From IMG/VR virus record IMGVR_UViG_3300024287_000018, positions 1 through 29,488 of that record: a stretch of 29,488 bases of DNA, one strand, 5' to 3'. Shown piece by piece: positions 14,762 to 25,161 of this stretch. This DNA comes from a virus (Duplodnaviria; Caudoviricetes). The position numbers and the translations under genes were made by a program. The notes beneath the pieces are model-generated. The model saw only the letters and a program-made list of their open reading frames with translations. It did not search any database and had not been told where the DNA came from. Every line of letters starts with the position of its first letter. Within the stretch, counting starts at the first letter, position 1.

Positions 14762-17062
14762 ATGCCTAAGCAGTCACAAAGGGCAGATGTCAATACCTTC
14801 ATTGGGGGATTGATTACTGAGGCCAGCCCTCTAAATTTTCCAGCTAATGCCTCTGCCGATGAGGTTAACTTCGAGCTTGACCGTGATGGATCTAGGCGTA
14901 GGCGTCTTGGTATGGATATTGAAGAAGGTGGTACATTCGATAATTCAGGAGCTACCTTAGGAGAGATTGGTACAGCAGGTGTTACTACTTTCCGATGGGA
15001 GAGTGTAGCAGGTGATCCTCAGAAGAACTTTCTGACTGTACAGGTTAATAAAAATCTCTTCTTTTATGATTTGAGTGTAGAAAGCCCTTCTTCAGTACCT
15101 CCTGTTGGCACAATTGAAATTGATCAGTTTCAAGCAGGAGTTAAATACTCCTTCGCAGCTATTGAAGGTTATTTGTGTATTGTGTCAGGTGCTGAGACAA
15201 TTGCCATTATAGCCTATGATTTAGATGCAGGTACATTCTCTAAAGAGTATAAGCGATTGCTTGTACGAGATGTATGGGGTGTAGAAGAAACTCTTAACCC
15301 TTCATATGAGACAGACCCTACGTTCCGTGGGTTGATTAATGCGCAGCATTATTACAATCTTCAGAATCAATCTTGGGGTACTCCTCGTAAAGATCAGACA
15401 GGCTCTTTCGTAGACCCTATCTTCTATTATCAGCTTAATCTTGCTTCTCTTGCTCCTAGTAATTCTGAGCAAGTATGGACAGCAGTTCAGCAGCAACCTG
15501 TGTCGCAAGGGCAGCAGCCTTTCGAAAGGTTGTTTGCTACGATGTGGGATGATGCCCGTGGGGCTTCATTGAGTTCGGCTAAAGGGTATTTCATTATCGA
15601 TGCCCTTAGGCGTGGTACATCTAGACAGAGTGCATTCCTTGCTAATCAAACTAAGTATCCTGTATTGGGCGGCGGTGCTCTCACTGTGCCAGATCAAACT
15701 CCTTCAGGACCTTCCTGTATTGAGGAATTCGCAGGTAGAGTATTTTATTCTGGATTCTCTGGTCAGGTAATTGATGGAGATGCACGTAGTCCCAATCTCA
15801 GTAATTATGTATTCTTCTCTCAGCTTATTAAAAGTAAGAAAGAGTTCAATCTGTGTTATCAAGAAGGTGATCCTACCTCTCGTGAGAATAATGATCTAGT
15901 AGATACCGATGGCGGATTCATTCGCGTGGCGGGTGCTCGTAACATCATTGCTCTCCGAAATATTCAGACTCACTTGGTTGTTATCGCAGAAAATGGCGTA
16001 TGGGCAATCACTGGCGGGTCAGTAGATTCAGGATTCACTGCTACTAACTATAAGACTAGCAAGATTTCTACATTCGGTGGTATTAGTTCTACATCAGTTA
16101 TTGCTGAAGGAGATAGAGCTTATTACTGGTCCGACGATGGGATTTACACTGTTGGTAAGAATCAATATGGGGATTTGGTTGTAGATACTCTCACATTGAC
16201 AACTATTCAGACATTGTATCAATCTATTCCCAATCTCTCTAAAGCTAATGCTACAGGAGAATATGATCAGATTACAAAGAAGATTCGATGGATTTATAAG
16301 ACAGGTGATTTGTTTACAGACACTTCTCGTACATTTGAACTTATCTTTGATTCTGCTCTGAAGAACTTCACACAGAACGAAGTGTTCAAACTGGCTTCTA
16401 ATATTGTGGAAGTAATGGGAGTGTTTAGGTCTTCTCCGTTTAGTTTGGCTACGATCAATGATAATGTGTTTGTAATCACTGATCCTGTACTATCTAATCT
16501 CGATCAAGTAGTAGTGGGAGTTGATACAACTATTTCCACTATCCAGTCCCTTAGGTATTTGACAATGGTATTGGTAGACAGTATTCCTAGTATTAGTTTC
16601 AGTTTATACAAAGAACTCACATTTGCAGATTGGTTGTCGCTAGATGGTATTGGTGTTGATGCTAAAGCACATTGCTTGACAGGAACTGTTACAGCAGGAG
16701 ATAGTGGAGTTGATAAACAAATTCCTTACCTCATCATGCACTTCCGAAGGACAGAGAGTGGAGTAGATAGCGAGCTTAATCCTCTCCATCAAAGTGGTTG
16801 CTTGATGAGGAGTCAATGGAATTTTGCTAACTCTATTGTCAGTAATAAATGGAGTCCTTTGGTAGAAGCTTATAGATATCGGAAGGTGAGGTTTGGTGAA
16901 TCGCCAGCAGATACATTTGATACTGGATTCGAAGTAATTACAACAAAGAATAAACTACGAGGACGAGGTAAAGCTTTCGCCCTTTATTTTGAAACTGAAC
17001 CGGCTAAAGATTGCCAGATTCTCGGATGGAATATAACTTTGAATGCCAACCAAATCACTTGA
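14762..17062 (+). CDS. Tail tubular protein B (nozzle, T7 gp12-like)
   Basis: 766 aa beta-rich protein, N-terminal TFIGGL..., RRRLG and FAGRVFYSG motifs, canonical position. Confidence 0.85.
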   Translation: MPKQSQRADVNTFIGGLITEASPLNFPANASADEVNFELDRDGSRRRRLGMDIEEGGTFDNSGATLGEIGTAGVTTFRWESVAGDPQKNFLTVQVNKNLFFYDLSVESPSSVPPVGTIEIDQFQAGVKYSFAAIEGYLCIVSGAETIAIIAYDLDAGTFSKEYKRLLVRDVWGVEETLNPSYETDPTFRGLINAQHYYNLQNQSWGTPRKDQTGSFVDPIFYYQLNLASLAPSNSEQVWTAVQQQPVSQGQQPFERLFATMWDDARGASLSSAKGYFIIDALRRGTSRQSAFLANQTKYPVLGGGALTVPDQTPSGPSCIEEFAGRVFYSGFSGQVIDGDARSPNLSNYVFFSQLIKSKKEFNLCYQEGDPTSRENNDLVDTDGGFIRVAGARNIIALRNIQTHLVVIAENGVWAITGGSVDSGFTATNYKTSKISTFGGISSTSVIAEGDRAYYWSDDGIYTVGKNQYGDLVVDTLTLTTIQTLYQSIPNLSKANATGEYDQITKKIRWIYKTGDLFTDTSRTFELIFDSALKNFTQNEVFKLASNIVEVMGVFRSSPFSLATINDNVFVITDPVLSNLDQVVVGVDTTISTIQSLRYLTMVLVDSIPSISFSLYKELTFADWLSLDGIGVDAKAHCLTGTVTAGDSGVDKQIPYLIMHFRRTESGVDSELNPLHQSGCLMRSQWNFANSIVSNKWSPLVEAYRYRKVRFGESPADTFDTGFEVITTKNKLRGRGKAFALYFETEPAKDCQILGWNITLNANQIT

Positions 17063-17504
17063 TATTGTAGTAGGGAGTGTCACCGATTATATTGATATGG
17101 TCGGTGATCTTCTCGAAAAACATTGGGAAGAAAGTGCCAAGAATAAAAGTATTATGGTGCTTAAGCCTGATCTTGAAAAGTACAAAACTATGGATAAAAT
17201 GGGTAAACTATTAGGAGTGTTTGCCTATTATGATGGAGCAGTTGTAGGGTATTCAGTTAATGTATTAGACTACCATCTTCATTATTCAGATTTGAAAGTA
17301 TGCAGTAATGATGTACTATTTCTAGATAAAGAATTCAGAGATACTCCTCTTGGTCTTCGGCTTATGAAGGCTACTAAAGAAGAGGCTAAATCTCGTGGAG
17401 CAAGATTGATGTTGTGGCATGCAAAGCAGGATAGCCCTCTCGATAAGATATTGCAGAGGAAGAAACTTAATGTACAGGATATTATCTACAGTGAAGAACT
17501 TTAA
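17043..17504 (+). CDS. GNAT-family acetyltransferase
   Basis: Acetyl-CoA-binding motif A-like DVLFLDKEFRDTPLGLRLMKATKEEAKSRGA, preceded by VVGYSV; same position as T7 gp13. Confidence 0.8.
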   Translation: MPTKSLDIVVGSVTDYIDMVGDLLEKHWEESAKNKSIMVLKPDLEKYKTMDKMGKLLGVFAYYDGAVVGYSVNVLDYHLHYSDLKVCSNDVLFLDKEFRDTPLGLRLMKATKEEAKSRGARLMLWHAKQDSPLDKILQRKKLNVQDIIYSEEL

Positions 17505-18024
17505 GAAACTTGCAGAGAATATTAATGTACAGATGGCTCTTGATGAGCTTATTCCTTATCCTGAACTTTGGGATGTATTCACAGCAAGGCAATCTACTCC
17601 GGGAACAGCACATTCAGAAACTAAGTGCATCCCACTACGTGCCCCTGTAGTTATTGATGCTCATGCAGTATTCAATGATTTGAATGCAGAAGATACAGCA
17701 TTTGTTCCCCTTCTTCCTGAGTCTACAAAACTTTTTAGAGAAATTACTAAAGATGTAGAGAAGGTAGGTCGAGTGATGATTGTGGCATTACAGCCAGATG
17801 GATGGATTGATCCTCACGTAGATGAAGGTGCTTATGCAGATTTCTACACTAGATGGCATCTTGTAATGTATTCTAAACAAGGGAACCTGTTCAGATGTGG
17901 GGATGAGCACAAAAGATTTAATGAGGGAGAGTTGTGGTGGTTCAATCATAAAGAAGAACATGAAGTGTTCAATGACTCTGAATACACCCGTATCCATATG
18001 ATTATCGATGTGAAGGAGAAGTAA
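17491..18024 (+). CDS. Aspartyl/asparaginyl beta-hydroxylase-like 2OG-Fe(II) oxygenase
   Basis: RVMIVALQPDGWIDPHVD (HxD), RWHLV, GELWWFNHKEEHEVFN (distal His), RIHMIID (2OG-binding Arg). GTG start at 17491 after AGGA. Confidence 0.88.
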   Translation: MKNFKKLAENINVQMALDELIPYPELWDVFTARQSTPGTAHSETKCIPLRAPVVIDAHAVFNDLNAEDTAFVPLLPESTKLFREITKDVEKVGRVMIVALQPDGWIDPHVDEGAYADFYTRWHLVMYSKQGNLFRCGDEHKRFNEGELWWFNHKEEHEVFNDSEYTRIHMIIDVKEK

Positions 18025-18506
18025 TGGGTATTACAGTAGGAGTTATCGGTGCTGTAGCAGCCGTTGCTGGAACAACTGCTTCTGTTGTAGCAGGTAATCA
18101 GCAGAGAGCGGCTCAAAGACATGCTGCTGATTTGCAGACACAAGCACAGAATGAATCACGAGCAGATAACGCAGCTAAGGCAGCACAAGAACGTAGGCAG
18201 CAAGTCCGAGATGAACGTATTAGGCGTGCTCGTGTAGAGCAAGCAAGTGTTAATACAGGTACAGAGGGAAGTTCTGGAGAGCTTGGTGCTCTTAGTTCCA
18301 TCACTACACAAACCAATTCTAATATTGGATTCAACCTCGGCGCTCTTAATAGAGCAGATAATATTTCAATCTTCAATCAAGAAGCTGCTGATACATTGCA
18401 AGCAGGTAGGGATTCAGCAGGGTTTACACAGAATGTAGGCTCTATCTTCCAAGGTGTTGGTGGTGCTGCTAGTTCCTTCGGAAAGACTTCAGGAAAGACA
18501 ATTTAA
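18024..18506 (+). CDS. Small internal virion (ejection) protein, T7 gp14-like
   Basis: Hydrophobic Gly/Ala N-terminus, Q/A/R-rich helix and a Gly-rich C-terminus; first gene of the internal-protein cluster. Confidence 0.75.
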   Translation: MGITVGVIGAVAAVAGTTASVVAGNQQRAAQRHAADLQTQAQNESRADNAAKAAQERRQQVRDERIRRARVEQASVNTGTEGSSGELGALSSITTQTNSNIGFNLGALNRADNISIFNQEAADTLQAGRDSAGFTQNVGSIFQGVGGAASSFGKTSGKTI

Positions 18507-18520
18507 TAATAAGGAATAAA

Positions 18521-21500
18521 GTGGACGATCTTAACAATCTGATTGATGGTGGTGAGGCTCAGTCGTCTCCTGTTGATTTGACCGATCTGGTTCAAACAAG
18601 TGTATTGCCTGAGAATACGGCTCCTGTTTCAGCTATTCGGAATAGTGCAGCTACGACAGCCCTCCTCACAGGTAATTCAGATTCAGCAGTGGACACATTT
18701 CACAGCCTCATGGCTGAGGGGCAGCAAGGCGGAAGTCAGATGCTTAATTCGTTGTCCACTCAGAATCAACAAGCTAACCAAGCAAAAGATTTGACAGCAG
18801 TGTATTCTATTCTTGCTGATCCTAAAGTTGATCTTGCTACTAAGCAAGGGGTGATTAAAGGATTTAGCCAGAATGATTTTCTGAAGGATAAGAGTGTTAC
18901 ACTTCAGACTAATATGCTCTCAGCTCCTAGTAAGGGTGAAACAGAGGACAGTGAAAATGCTCGTATCTCTGTAGCAGATGAGTTGAGCAAAATGTACAGC
19001 TCTCGTTATCAAATCCAGAATATGGTTAATGATACGATTGCTAAATTCCCGGATCGCACAGTGCTGGGTGCTTTTGCAGATGCATTCAGTAATCAAACTA
19101 TTCTAGGTAAGAGTGTTGTAGCAGGAAAAGTAGAAGGTGCAATCAATCCTAATAGATCGGTATTGGATGTATTCAAAACCTTCCTTACACCTGAAACTAC
19201 TATTCAGAATCTTAGAGATAAACTGGATCAACTTCCTACAGAACAGAAGCTTGTTTATGCACAACAACTGATTGGTGCAATTAAGAATAACAGCTCTTTC
19301 TTGTTTGGTAATGATAACCAAGCTAATGCATACGATATGTTGCAAGTGTTGCTTCAGGATGGTCATAGCCATCTTGGCGAGTTTGCAAGCAATGCTATCA
19401 CAGCAGCAGGGTTTATTGGACTCGGCCCTGTAGCTAAAGAGATCGGTGGAGTTGCTAGTGCTGTTGGTAAGGCCATAGAGGGCCGTGGTGCCGCTGCTAT
19501 AACTAAGGCAGAGCCTACTGTGGGTAATCTCAAGCTGCAGGCTGGTGGGAGGCCTGAGCCTGTCCTAGAGGGTACTAAGATTGTACCCCCAACCCCTCCT
19601 GCTAATGAGATTGTGAAGCCTGCTACACCAGCTATTCTCGGTGGTTCTGGTCAGAAGACAGTTCAAGTAGAAACTAAGAAGACTGCCGCTCTCCTGACGA
19701 CTCAGCGTAAGGTTGAAGTGGAGGCTGCTGTAGCTCGCCCTCATCCTGCTTCTCCCGGAGAGATTGCAAATCAATCTAATCCTGAGCAAGCAAAGAACAT
19801 GTATGATATTGCTACTAAGACAAGTGATCCTCGTCCTGCTCAAGCTTTCTATAATAACACAGCAGATCAAGTTGTTCTGAATGAGAAGGCAGGTCAAGTA
19901 GCAGGTCCGGGAGAAGGTGTTACAACTAAAGTATCAGGTATTGACGATGTAGCTCGTGTAGCAGATCAACCTGCAGATGCAGAGCGAATTATCAATATCG
20001 CATACGATAGTGGTGGTGATTGGTTCTCACCTCTTGAACGAGCTAATGTAGTTGCTAATGTATCTAATGATTTCCATAATGCTCGTGGCCTCACTCCTGT
20101 AGATGGTATGTCTTCTATTAAATTGGAAGGCGGCACTCTGCATGTAAATACTGTGTATGAATCTCCATCAGGCTCTTGGAGCAATCCTACAGACGCTATC
20201 GAGCAAGTTAAATATGCTTTGAGAGATCAAGGTATTGTTGATGCAGATATTGAACTGCTGAAGAAGGATGGGTTGAATCATACCCCGGTAGAGTATTCTG
20301 CAGATTTGCCTCAAGGTGATTACAAGGTTCGAGTTAATGTAAAGCGTGTAGCAGATAACAATGACATTACCTCTTGGGATAGTTTCGATGTAAAGCGTAA
20401 TTACTTTGATCGAAATCCTAATCTTGTATCTACAGATAAGGCATCTGTTAATGGATGGATGATTGAAGCAGCTAATCAGCTTCATCCTACAATCACTGGT
20501 TCTGCAGCTAATGTGGATTATCAAGCAGCACGTCTGGATAAAGCTCTGATCGGTCAGCTTAAAGAGTCTACTGATATTCTTAATAAGCTCCCTGCTAATC
20601 GATATGCTAAGGTGGAGAATTATCTTAAAGAAGCCAATTATAACCAGATTGATTTTAATACTGTTGATTTGGCCTCACAAGGATTCACTTCACAAGAAAT
20701 TGCAGGTATTAAGAAGTTTAGGGATTTCTGGGATACACATCATTTCCTTGCAAATCGAGATCAAGCATTGACACTTCGTAATCAAGGATTTAAGGTATTT
20801 GAGAATGCAAATGATAAATTCTTTGCTAAACCCATTGGGAAGAACGGGAGTATTGCAACATTCTATGACCCATCTCAACAGTTGGTCAGGAGCTTTAATC
20901 CGGGTGAATTGGACAGTCTTTACCAATCAGGCGGAACACTGGCTCAATTTCGTCGCCCTGTGTCTATTAATGGGCAGACAGTAGAGCATATGATTTCTCG
21001 TGAATCCCCTACAGAGTATTTGAGGGGTTTGCGGGATACAGATAAGGTATTGAATAAACGTAAGGGATATTTCCAACTTACATATAAAGATGCGCATTTC
21101 GTAGATCAAGTTAAGCTTGATTCTAATGGCCGTGTGGTAGAACGGAAGGCTGTTGCTGTTGCAGGAGATTTGCCTACAGCAGAACGATTCAGGAATCGGG
21201 TGTCTAGCGGAAGTACAGATTCTTTTGTTGTTCGCAGGGATGTACGTGGTTTGTCACAAACAGGCGATGATGCATGGGATTTGAATAGTGCAATGGGTCG
21301 TATTGAACAACGTCATCGGGGAAAGCTTCTTGAAGATGCTTCAGCACCCAATCAGCTTGGCGGTAACTCCTTCGTAGAAAGTCCTGTGGCTTCTGCTATT
21401 CGATCAGCTAATTCTATTGCTAATCGTACAGTGAGCCGTCCCATGATTGAGGCAACTAAAGAGCGATTCCTTCAGCAATATGGGCATGTTATCCAGTCTG

Positions 21501-23335
21501 AAGATAAGTTCGGTAAGTTGAAATATCCTAATGACATTAGTGAAATCGGCTCTGTAGGTCAAGAGAGTACAAAAGAGATTGGTGATGCTCGTACCACTTG
21601 GATGTATATCCGTAAGTTGGAGCAAGGATATGTAAATACAATTGATCAAGCAACTAAAGCTTGGATTAATCAATTTGCAGATTTGCTAGGTAGTAAGGGG
21701 TTTGGTACATTGGAGCGAGGAGCTAGGGCTGTAGCAGATACAGGTCCTACACGTCTTGCTCGTAAAGCCACTTCTGATTTGTATATCTCACTCAATCCCC
21801 TTCGCCAATGGGTTATTCAATCTTGGCAGACAGTTCGTATGTTCTCATACAATCCTGTAGGGGCATTCTCTGGTAGACTCACTCTTTTGGTTGGAGATTG
21901 GACTAAGAGCAAGATTCCCGGATTCACTGGAACCAATCAGAAATTTCTCAACTTCGTAGACGAGAGTGGATTGATTGAATCTGTTGACCGAAACATCATG
22001 GTTAATGGCGGTATGCAGCAGATTGCAGATAGTCAGAGTAAGTGGGTAAAAGCCGGTAGAGCAGCTTACACGCCTGTAGAATGGGCGCGACGCGTTGGGT
22101 TTGACCTTGGTGAAACGTATAACCGGCTTGGTCATCTGGCGGCTGTATTTGATCGATATGAGCGTCTTGGTAAAAATCTTAATGATCGGTTTGTTAGAGC
22201 TAATGCTTATTCAGAAGCTTCTGCTCTGATGGGAGATATGACTCGTTCTGGTGAGATGCCTTACAACAGTTCGACTGCAGGGGCATTGTTCCAGTTTGTT
22301 CAAGCCCCTCATAAGATTTTGTTCCAGAGTATGAATCGTCGTATCTCGGGTACAGATCGTATCAAGATGGCTGCTGGTGATATGATGATGTTTGGTGTTG
22401 CTCCGGTAGGTGCTATTGCTGGATATCTGGGAATTGACCATCTGACAGGAGATAATAAAGACCTTCGAGACTTCCTCGATCACGGATTGACATCTCTTGT
22501 AGCCAACCACATCCTGAATGAAATCTGGGAAGACAGTGGTAATATTGATTTCAGTTCTCTTGATGTACGTGGTGTAGATGGTATGTGGAAGATGGCTAAG
22601 GCATATTGGAGTGGTGGCATGGCAGCAGCTATTACAGCTTCTCCTGCGGGCGGATTGATTGGCGGTAATCGTACACAGACAGCTATGAAGAGTGTCGCTC
22701 GATTCTTCAATCCCAATCCAGAATATGACCAAGGCAATCCTACTACATTCCTTGGGATGATGAACGATGTTGCATCTCTTACATCAGGTTGGAGTAATGC
22801 TAATAAAACCAAGCTCATCTTGCAACAACAGAATCGTGCAGATGCATATGGGCATCTGATTGATAAGAATGCTACAACACCTCAAGCTATTGCTCAAGCA
22901 TTTGGATTTGGTAGTGAGGATCAGAAGACTTTGTTTGAACTTTCTACTGAACTCAGTGCTACAAGTAAAGCTCATAAAGATGAAGTGACAAGCAATCTTA
23001 AATCTATTATGCAGTATTACCAATCTGAAATCGGTAAAGGCAATACTAATATTGATTGGATTACTGGTGTTACTGGCGCTGCATTGAATATTTATGCAGA
23101 TGATCCTGATGCACAGCAAATCATTAATCAGCAACTTGGGTACGCTCTTACTGAAAGTGGAGATGCTCTTACTAAGCAAATTCTTCAAGTATGTGGTTTG
23201 CCTGATCCGGGTGCTATTCACGATGCTATTACACGTGCACCGGGAGTTACTGAAGAGAATAAACAGAAACTCCATCAAATCTGTACAGACTTGCAGAATG
23301 TACGTGAAACTATTAAAGCTAGGAAAGGAAAATAA
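18521..23335 (+). CDS. Large internal virion (ejectosome) protein
   Basis: 1604 aa, GTG start after AAGGA, essentially Cys-free, with hydrophobic Gly-rich helices near the C-terminus as in gp16-like inner-membrane channel proteins. Confidence 0.75.
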   Translation: MDDLNNLIDGGEAQSSPVDLTDLVQTSVLPENTAPVSAIRNSAATTALLTGNSDSAVDTFHSLMAEGQQGGSQMLNSLSTQNQQANQAKDLTAVYSILADPKVDLATKQGVIKGFSQNDFLKDKSVTLQTNMLSAPSKGETEDSENARISVADELSKMYSSRYQIQNMVNDTIAKFPDRTVLGAFADAFSNQTILGKSVVAGKVEGAINPNRSVLDVFKTFLTPETTIQNLRDKLDQLPTEQKLVYAQQLIGAIKNNSSFLFGNDNQANAYDMLQVLLQDGHSHLGEFASNAITAAGFIGLGPVAKEIGGVASAVGKAIEGRGAAAITKAEPTVGNLKLQAGGRPEPVLEGTKIVPPTPPANEIVKPATPAILGGSGQKTVQVETKKTAALLTTQRKVEVEAAVARPHPASPGEIANQSNPEQAKNMYDIATKTSDPRPAQAFYNNTADQVVLNEKAGQVAGPGEGVTTKVSGIDDVARVADQPADAERIINIAYDSGGDWFSPLERANVVANVSNDFHNARGLTPVDGMSSIKLEGGTLHVNTVYESPSGSWSNPTDAIEQVKYALRDQGIVDADIELLKKDGLNHTPVEYSADLPQGDYKVRVNVKRVADNNDITSWDSFDVKRNYFDRNPNLVSTDKASVNGWMIEAANQLHPTITGSAANVDYQAARLDKALIGQLKESTDILNKLPANRYAKVENYLKEANYNQIDFNTVDLASQGFTSQEIAGIKKFRDFWDTHHFLANRDQALTLRNQGFKVFENANDKFFAKPIGKNGSIATFYDPSQQLVRSFNPGELDSLYQSGGTLAQFRRPVSINGQTVEHMISRESPTEYLRGLRDTDKVLNKRKGYFQLTYKDAHFVDQVKLDSNGRVVERKAVAVAGDLPTAERFRNRVSSGSTDSFVVRRDVRGLSQTGDDAWDLNSAMGRIEQRHRGKLLEDASAPNQLGGNSFVESPVASAIRSANSIANRTVSRPMIEATKERFLQQYGHVIQSEDKFGKLKYPNDISEIGSVGQESTKEIGDARTTWMYIRKLEQGYVNTIDQATKAWINQFADLLGSKGFGTLERGARAVADTGPTRLARKATSDLYISLNPLRQWVIQSWQTVRMFSYNPVGAFSGRLTLLVGDWTKSKIPGFTGTNQKFLNFVDESGLIESVDRNIMVNGGMQQIADSQSKWVKAGRAAYTPVEWARRVGFDLGETYNRLGHLAAVFDRYERLGKNLNDRFVRANAYSEASALMGDMTRSGEMPYNSSTAGALFQFVQAPHKILFQSMNRRISGTDRIKMAAGDMMMFGVAPVGAIAGYLGIDHLTGDNKDLRDFLDHGLTSLVANHILNEIWEDSGNIDFSSLDVRGVDGMWKMAKAYWSGGMAAAITASPAGGLIGGNRTQTAMKSVARFFNPNPEYDQGNPTTFLGMMNDVASLTSGWSNANKTKLILQQQNRADAYGHLIDKNATTPQAIAQAFGFGSEDQKTLFELSTELSATSKAHKDEVTSNLKSIMQYYQSEIGKGNTNIDWITGVTGAALNIYADDPDAQQIINQQLGYALTESGDALTKQILQVCGLPDPGAIHDAITRAPGVTEENKQKLHQICTDLQNVRETIKARKGK

Positions 23336-23337
23336 TT

Positions 23338-25161
23338 ATGGCGGAATTCGGCCCACAGGCCACACAGGTAGCAGCCCCTCAAGAAGCAGGGGTTAATCCT
23401 GTAGCTCCTGTAACACAAGAGATTTCTCCCCCGAACTGGGGACAAGCTCTAGGCACATTGGTGCAAGAGGTAGGTGGGATTGCTGGCACCATTGTTAAAG
23501 GACAGCAGACGAAGACTGACCAAGCCTTCCTACAGAATCTGGCACAGCAACAAGCTCTAGTGAATCAAGGGGTTTCTCAGGGGAGTATTGGAACCAAAGA
23601 AGCCACTACACGTGTATTCGATGCTTACAATCATGCTATTGCAGCACGTCCTGATTTGGCAGATAAGATTGGTAGTCTTTATGGAGTATTCCAGAAGACC
23701 ACTGTAGCAGGGGATATTGAACAAGAACGTAAGGATGCTAATGCCCTTAAAACTACACAGCTTAATCAAGCTATTAGTCAAGGGTATTTCATCTCTGCAG
23801 ATGCTACAGAACAACAGAAGAACGCTATTATCACAGCTTCTCAGAGTGGTGTTAAGTTGCAACGAGAGCTTACACAGATTCGACAGCAGAATGAAGAAGC
23901 TCGTTCTCAAGGTAACTACGATAGGTCAGTAGCAGAGGCTGAATCTAAAACTCGCACTGTACAGCTTAGCGCTCAATATGCAGGAGATAATCTGAATGCA
24001 TTCAATGCACAGATTACCGATATCTCTAGGCGTGTACGTACAGGCGATTTGAAAGACAACCCTCAAGCTGCACAACAAGAACTGGCTCGTGTGTATGCTA
24101 CATACTCAGGCGGTCTAGATGCTATTGGTGGACAGAATCCTGCCCTAGTTAATGGATGGAAGGATTTGTTCAAAGAGATGTATGCAACAGGTCAGAAAGC
24201 TCTTGATCCTAAGTTCGAAAGTGAACAACTCACTAATGAACTGAATATCCAACTGACTAAAGGTAAGCTCCAAGCATTGGCTGCTGACCCTCGTGTTGCT
24301 GGTGTTGTAGCTACTTCTCAACTCCTTGGGCAGAATGCTACAGTGGCCCTACAAGGAGCAGCAGTTGCTCCTGTTATCATTAATGCAATGGCAGGGGTTA
24401 CTTCTAATAGTGTTGTTAATGGACAGAGCCAAGGTGGTTATCGTAACCCTGTGGTTGGTAATCCTGATACAGAGAAGCCTGTTCTAGATATGCTGCAAAG
24501 TTCTATCAAGTCTATCAACTCTGGTGGATTCACGGACCCAGTTAAGGCTAAAATTGAAGCTAGTAATGGCATTAATAATGTCTTGATGGAGACAGGGAAG
24601 GCTCTTAATAATGGAGCTAAGCCAGAAGATTTGAAAGGATTGGTGAGCTTCTTTGCAAGCCCTGAATATGCTTCTTGGGTTAAGAACGGAAAGATTGATC
24701 CTATTGCACAGCAGACAGCCGCTAAGACATTCCAGATTGTGTATCAACCTGCAGTGACAAAGAAGATTGGCGATCGTCTTAATCAGGAACTTATTCCTGC
24801 ATCTGAAGATGGTTTGCAAACCTCTGTTAGTATGGCTCAAGGGTTGGATGTTAAGATGCAAGGGGATGTTCTTACATTTGTTCCTCGTGCTGGCCTAAAC
24901 CTCACTCCTGACCAACAACGATTGGAAGCAGGGGCTGTTAAGAATCTTCAAGAAGTGCAACAAGCTTTAAATACGATGGTGCATCTCGGTGCTCATATGG
25001 AAGGAAGCACAGATTATGCAAAACATTGGGAAGCAAATAAATACTATTATCTCCCACAAATCTACCCTGTTAAGCCGGGTCAAGTTGTGGGTAACGCTAA
25101 GTGGTCTGGTAATGGCGACTGGCGTGATCGTTCTACATGGAGTCGAGTTGGCCAACGATAA
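23338..25161 (+). CDS. Internal virion (ejection) protein, gp15-like
   Basis: 607 aa, Q/A-rich helical, no Cys, within the internal-protein cluster. Confidence 0.7.
   Translation: MAEFGPQATQVAAPQEAGVNPVAPVTQEISPPNWGQALGTLVQEVGGIAGTIVKGQQTKTDQAFLQNLAQQQALVNQGVSQGSIGTKEATTRVFDAYNHAIAARPDLADKIGSLYGVFQKTTVAGDIEQERKDANALKTTQLNQAISQGYFISADATEQQKNAIITASQSGVKLQRELTQIRQQNEEARSQGNYDRSVAEAESKTRTVQLSAQYAGDNLNAFNAQITDISRRVRTGDLKDNPQAAQQELARVYATYSGGLDAIGGQNPALVNGWKDLFKEMYATGQKALDPKFESEQLTNELNIQLTKGKLQALAADPRVAGVVATSQLLGQNATVALQGAAVAPVIINAMAGVTSNSVVNGQSQGGYRNPVVGNPDTEKPVLDMLQSSIKSINSGGFTDPVKAKIEASNGINNVLMETGKALNNGAKPEDLKGLVSFFASPEYASWVKNGKIDPIAQQTAAKTFQIVYQPAVTKKIGDRLNQELIPASEDGLQTSVSMAQGLDVKMQGDVLTFVPRAGLNLTPDQQRLEAGAVKNLQEVQQALNTMVHLGAHMEGSTDYAKHWEANKYYYLPQIYPVKPGQVVGNAKWSGNGDWRDRSTWSRVGQR

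Noticed and set aside
18521-23335. Virion-encapsidated RNA polymerase (N4- or crAss-type)
   Set aside because: No DxDGD or recognisable single-subunit polymerase motifs seen; size and position fit an ejectosome protein. HHpred would be needed to exclude it fully.
24989-25161. Long overlap or programmed frameshift fusing the 607-aa protein to the transglycosylase
   Set aside because: The extra N-terminal 53 codons look non-protein-like, a GGAG + TTG start at 25148 explains the gene, and no clear shift site was found.
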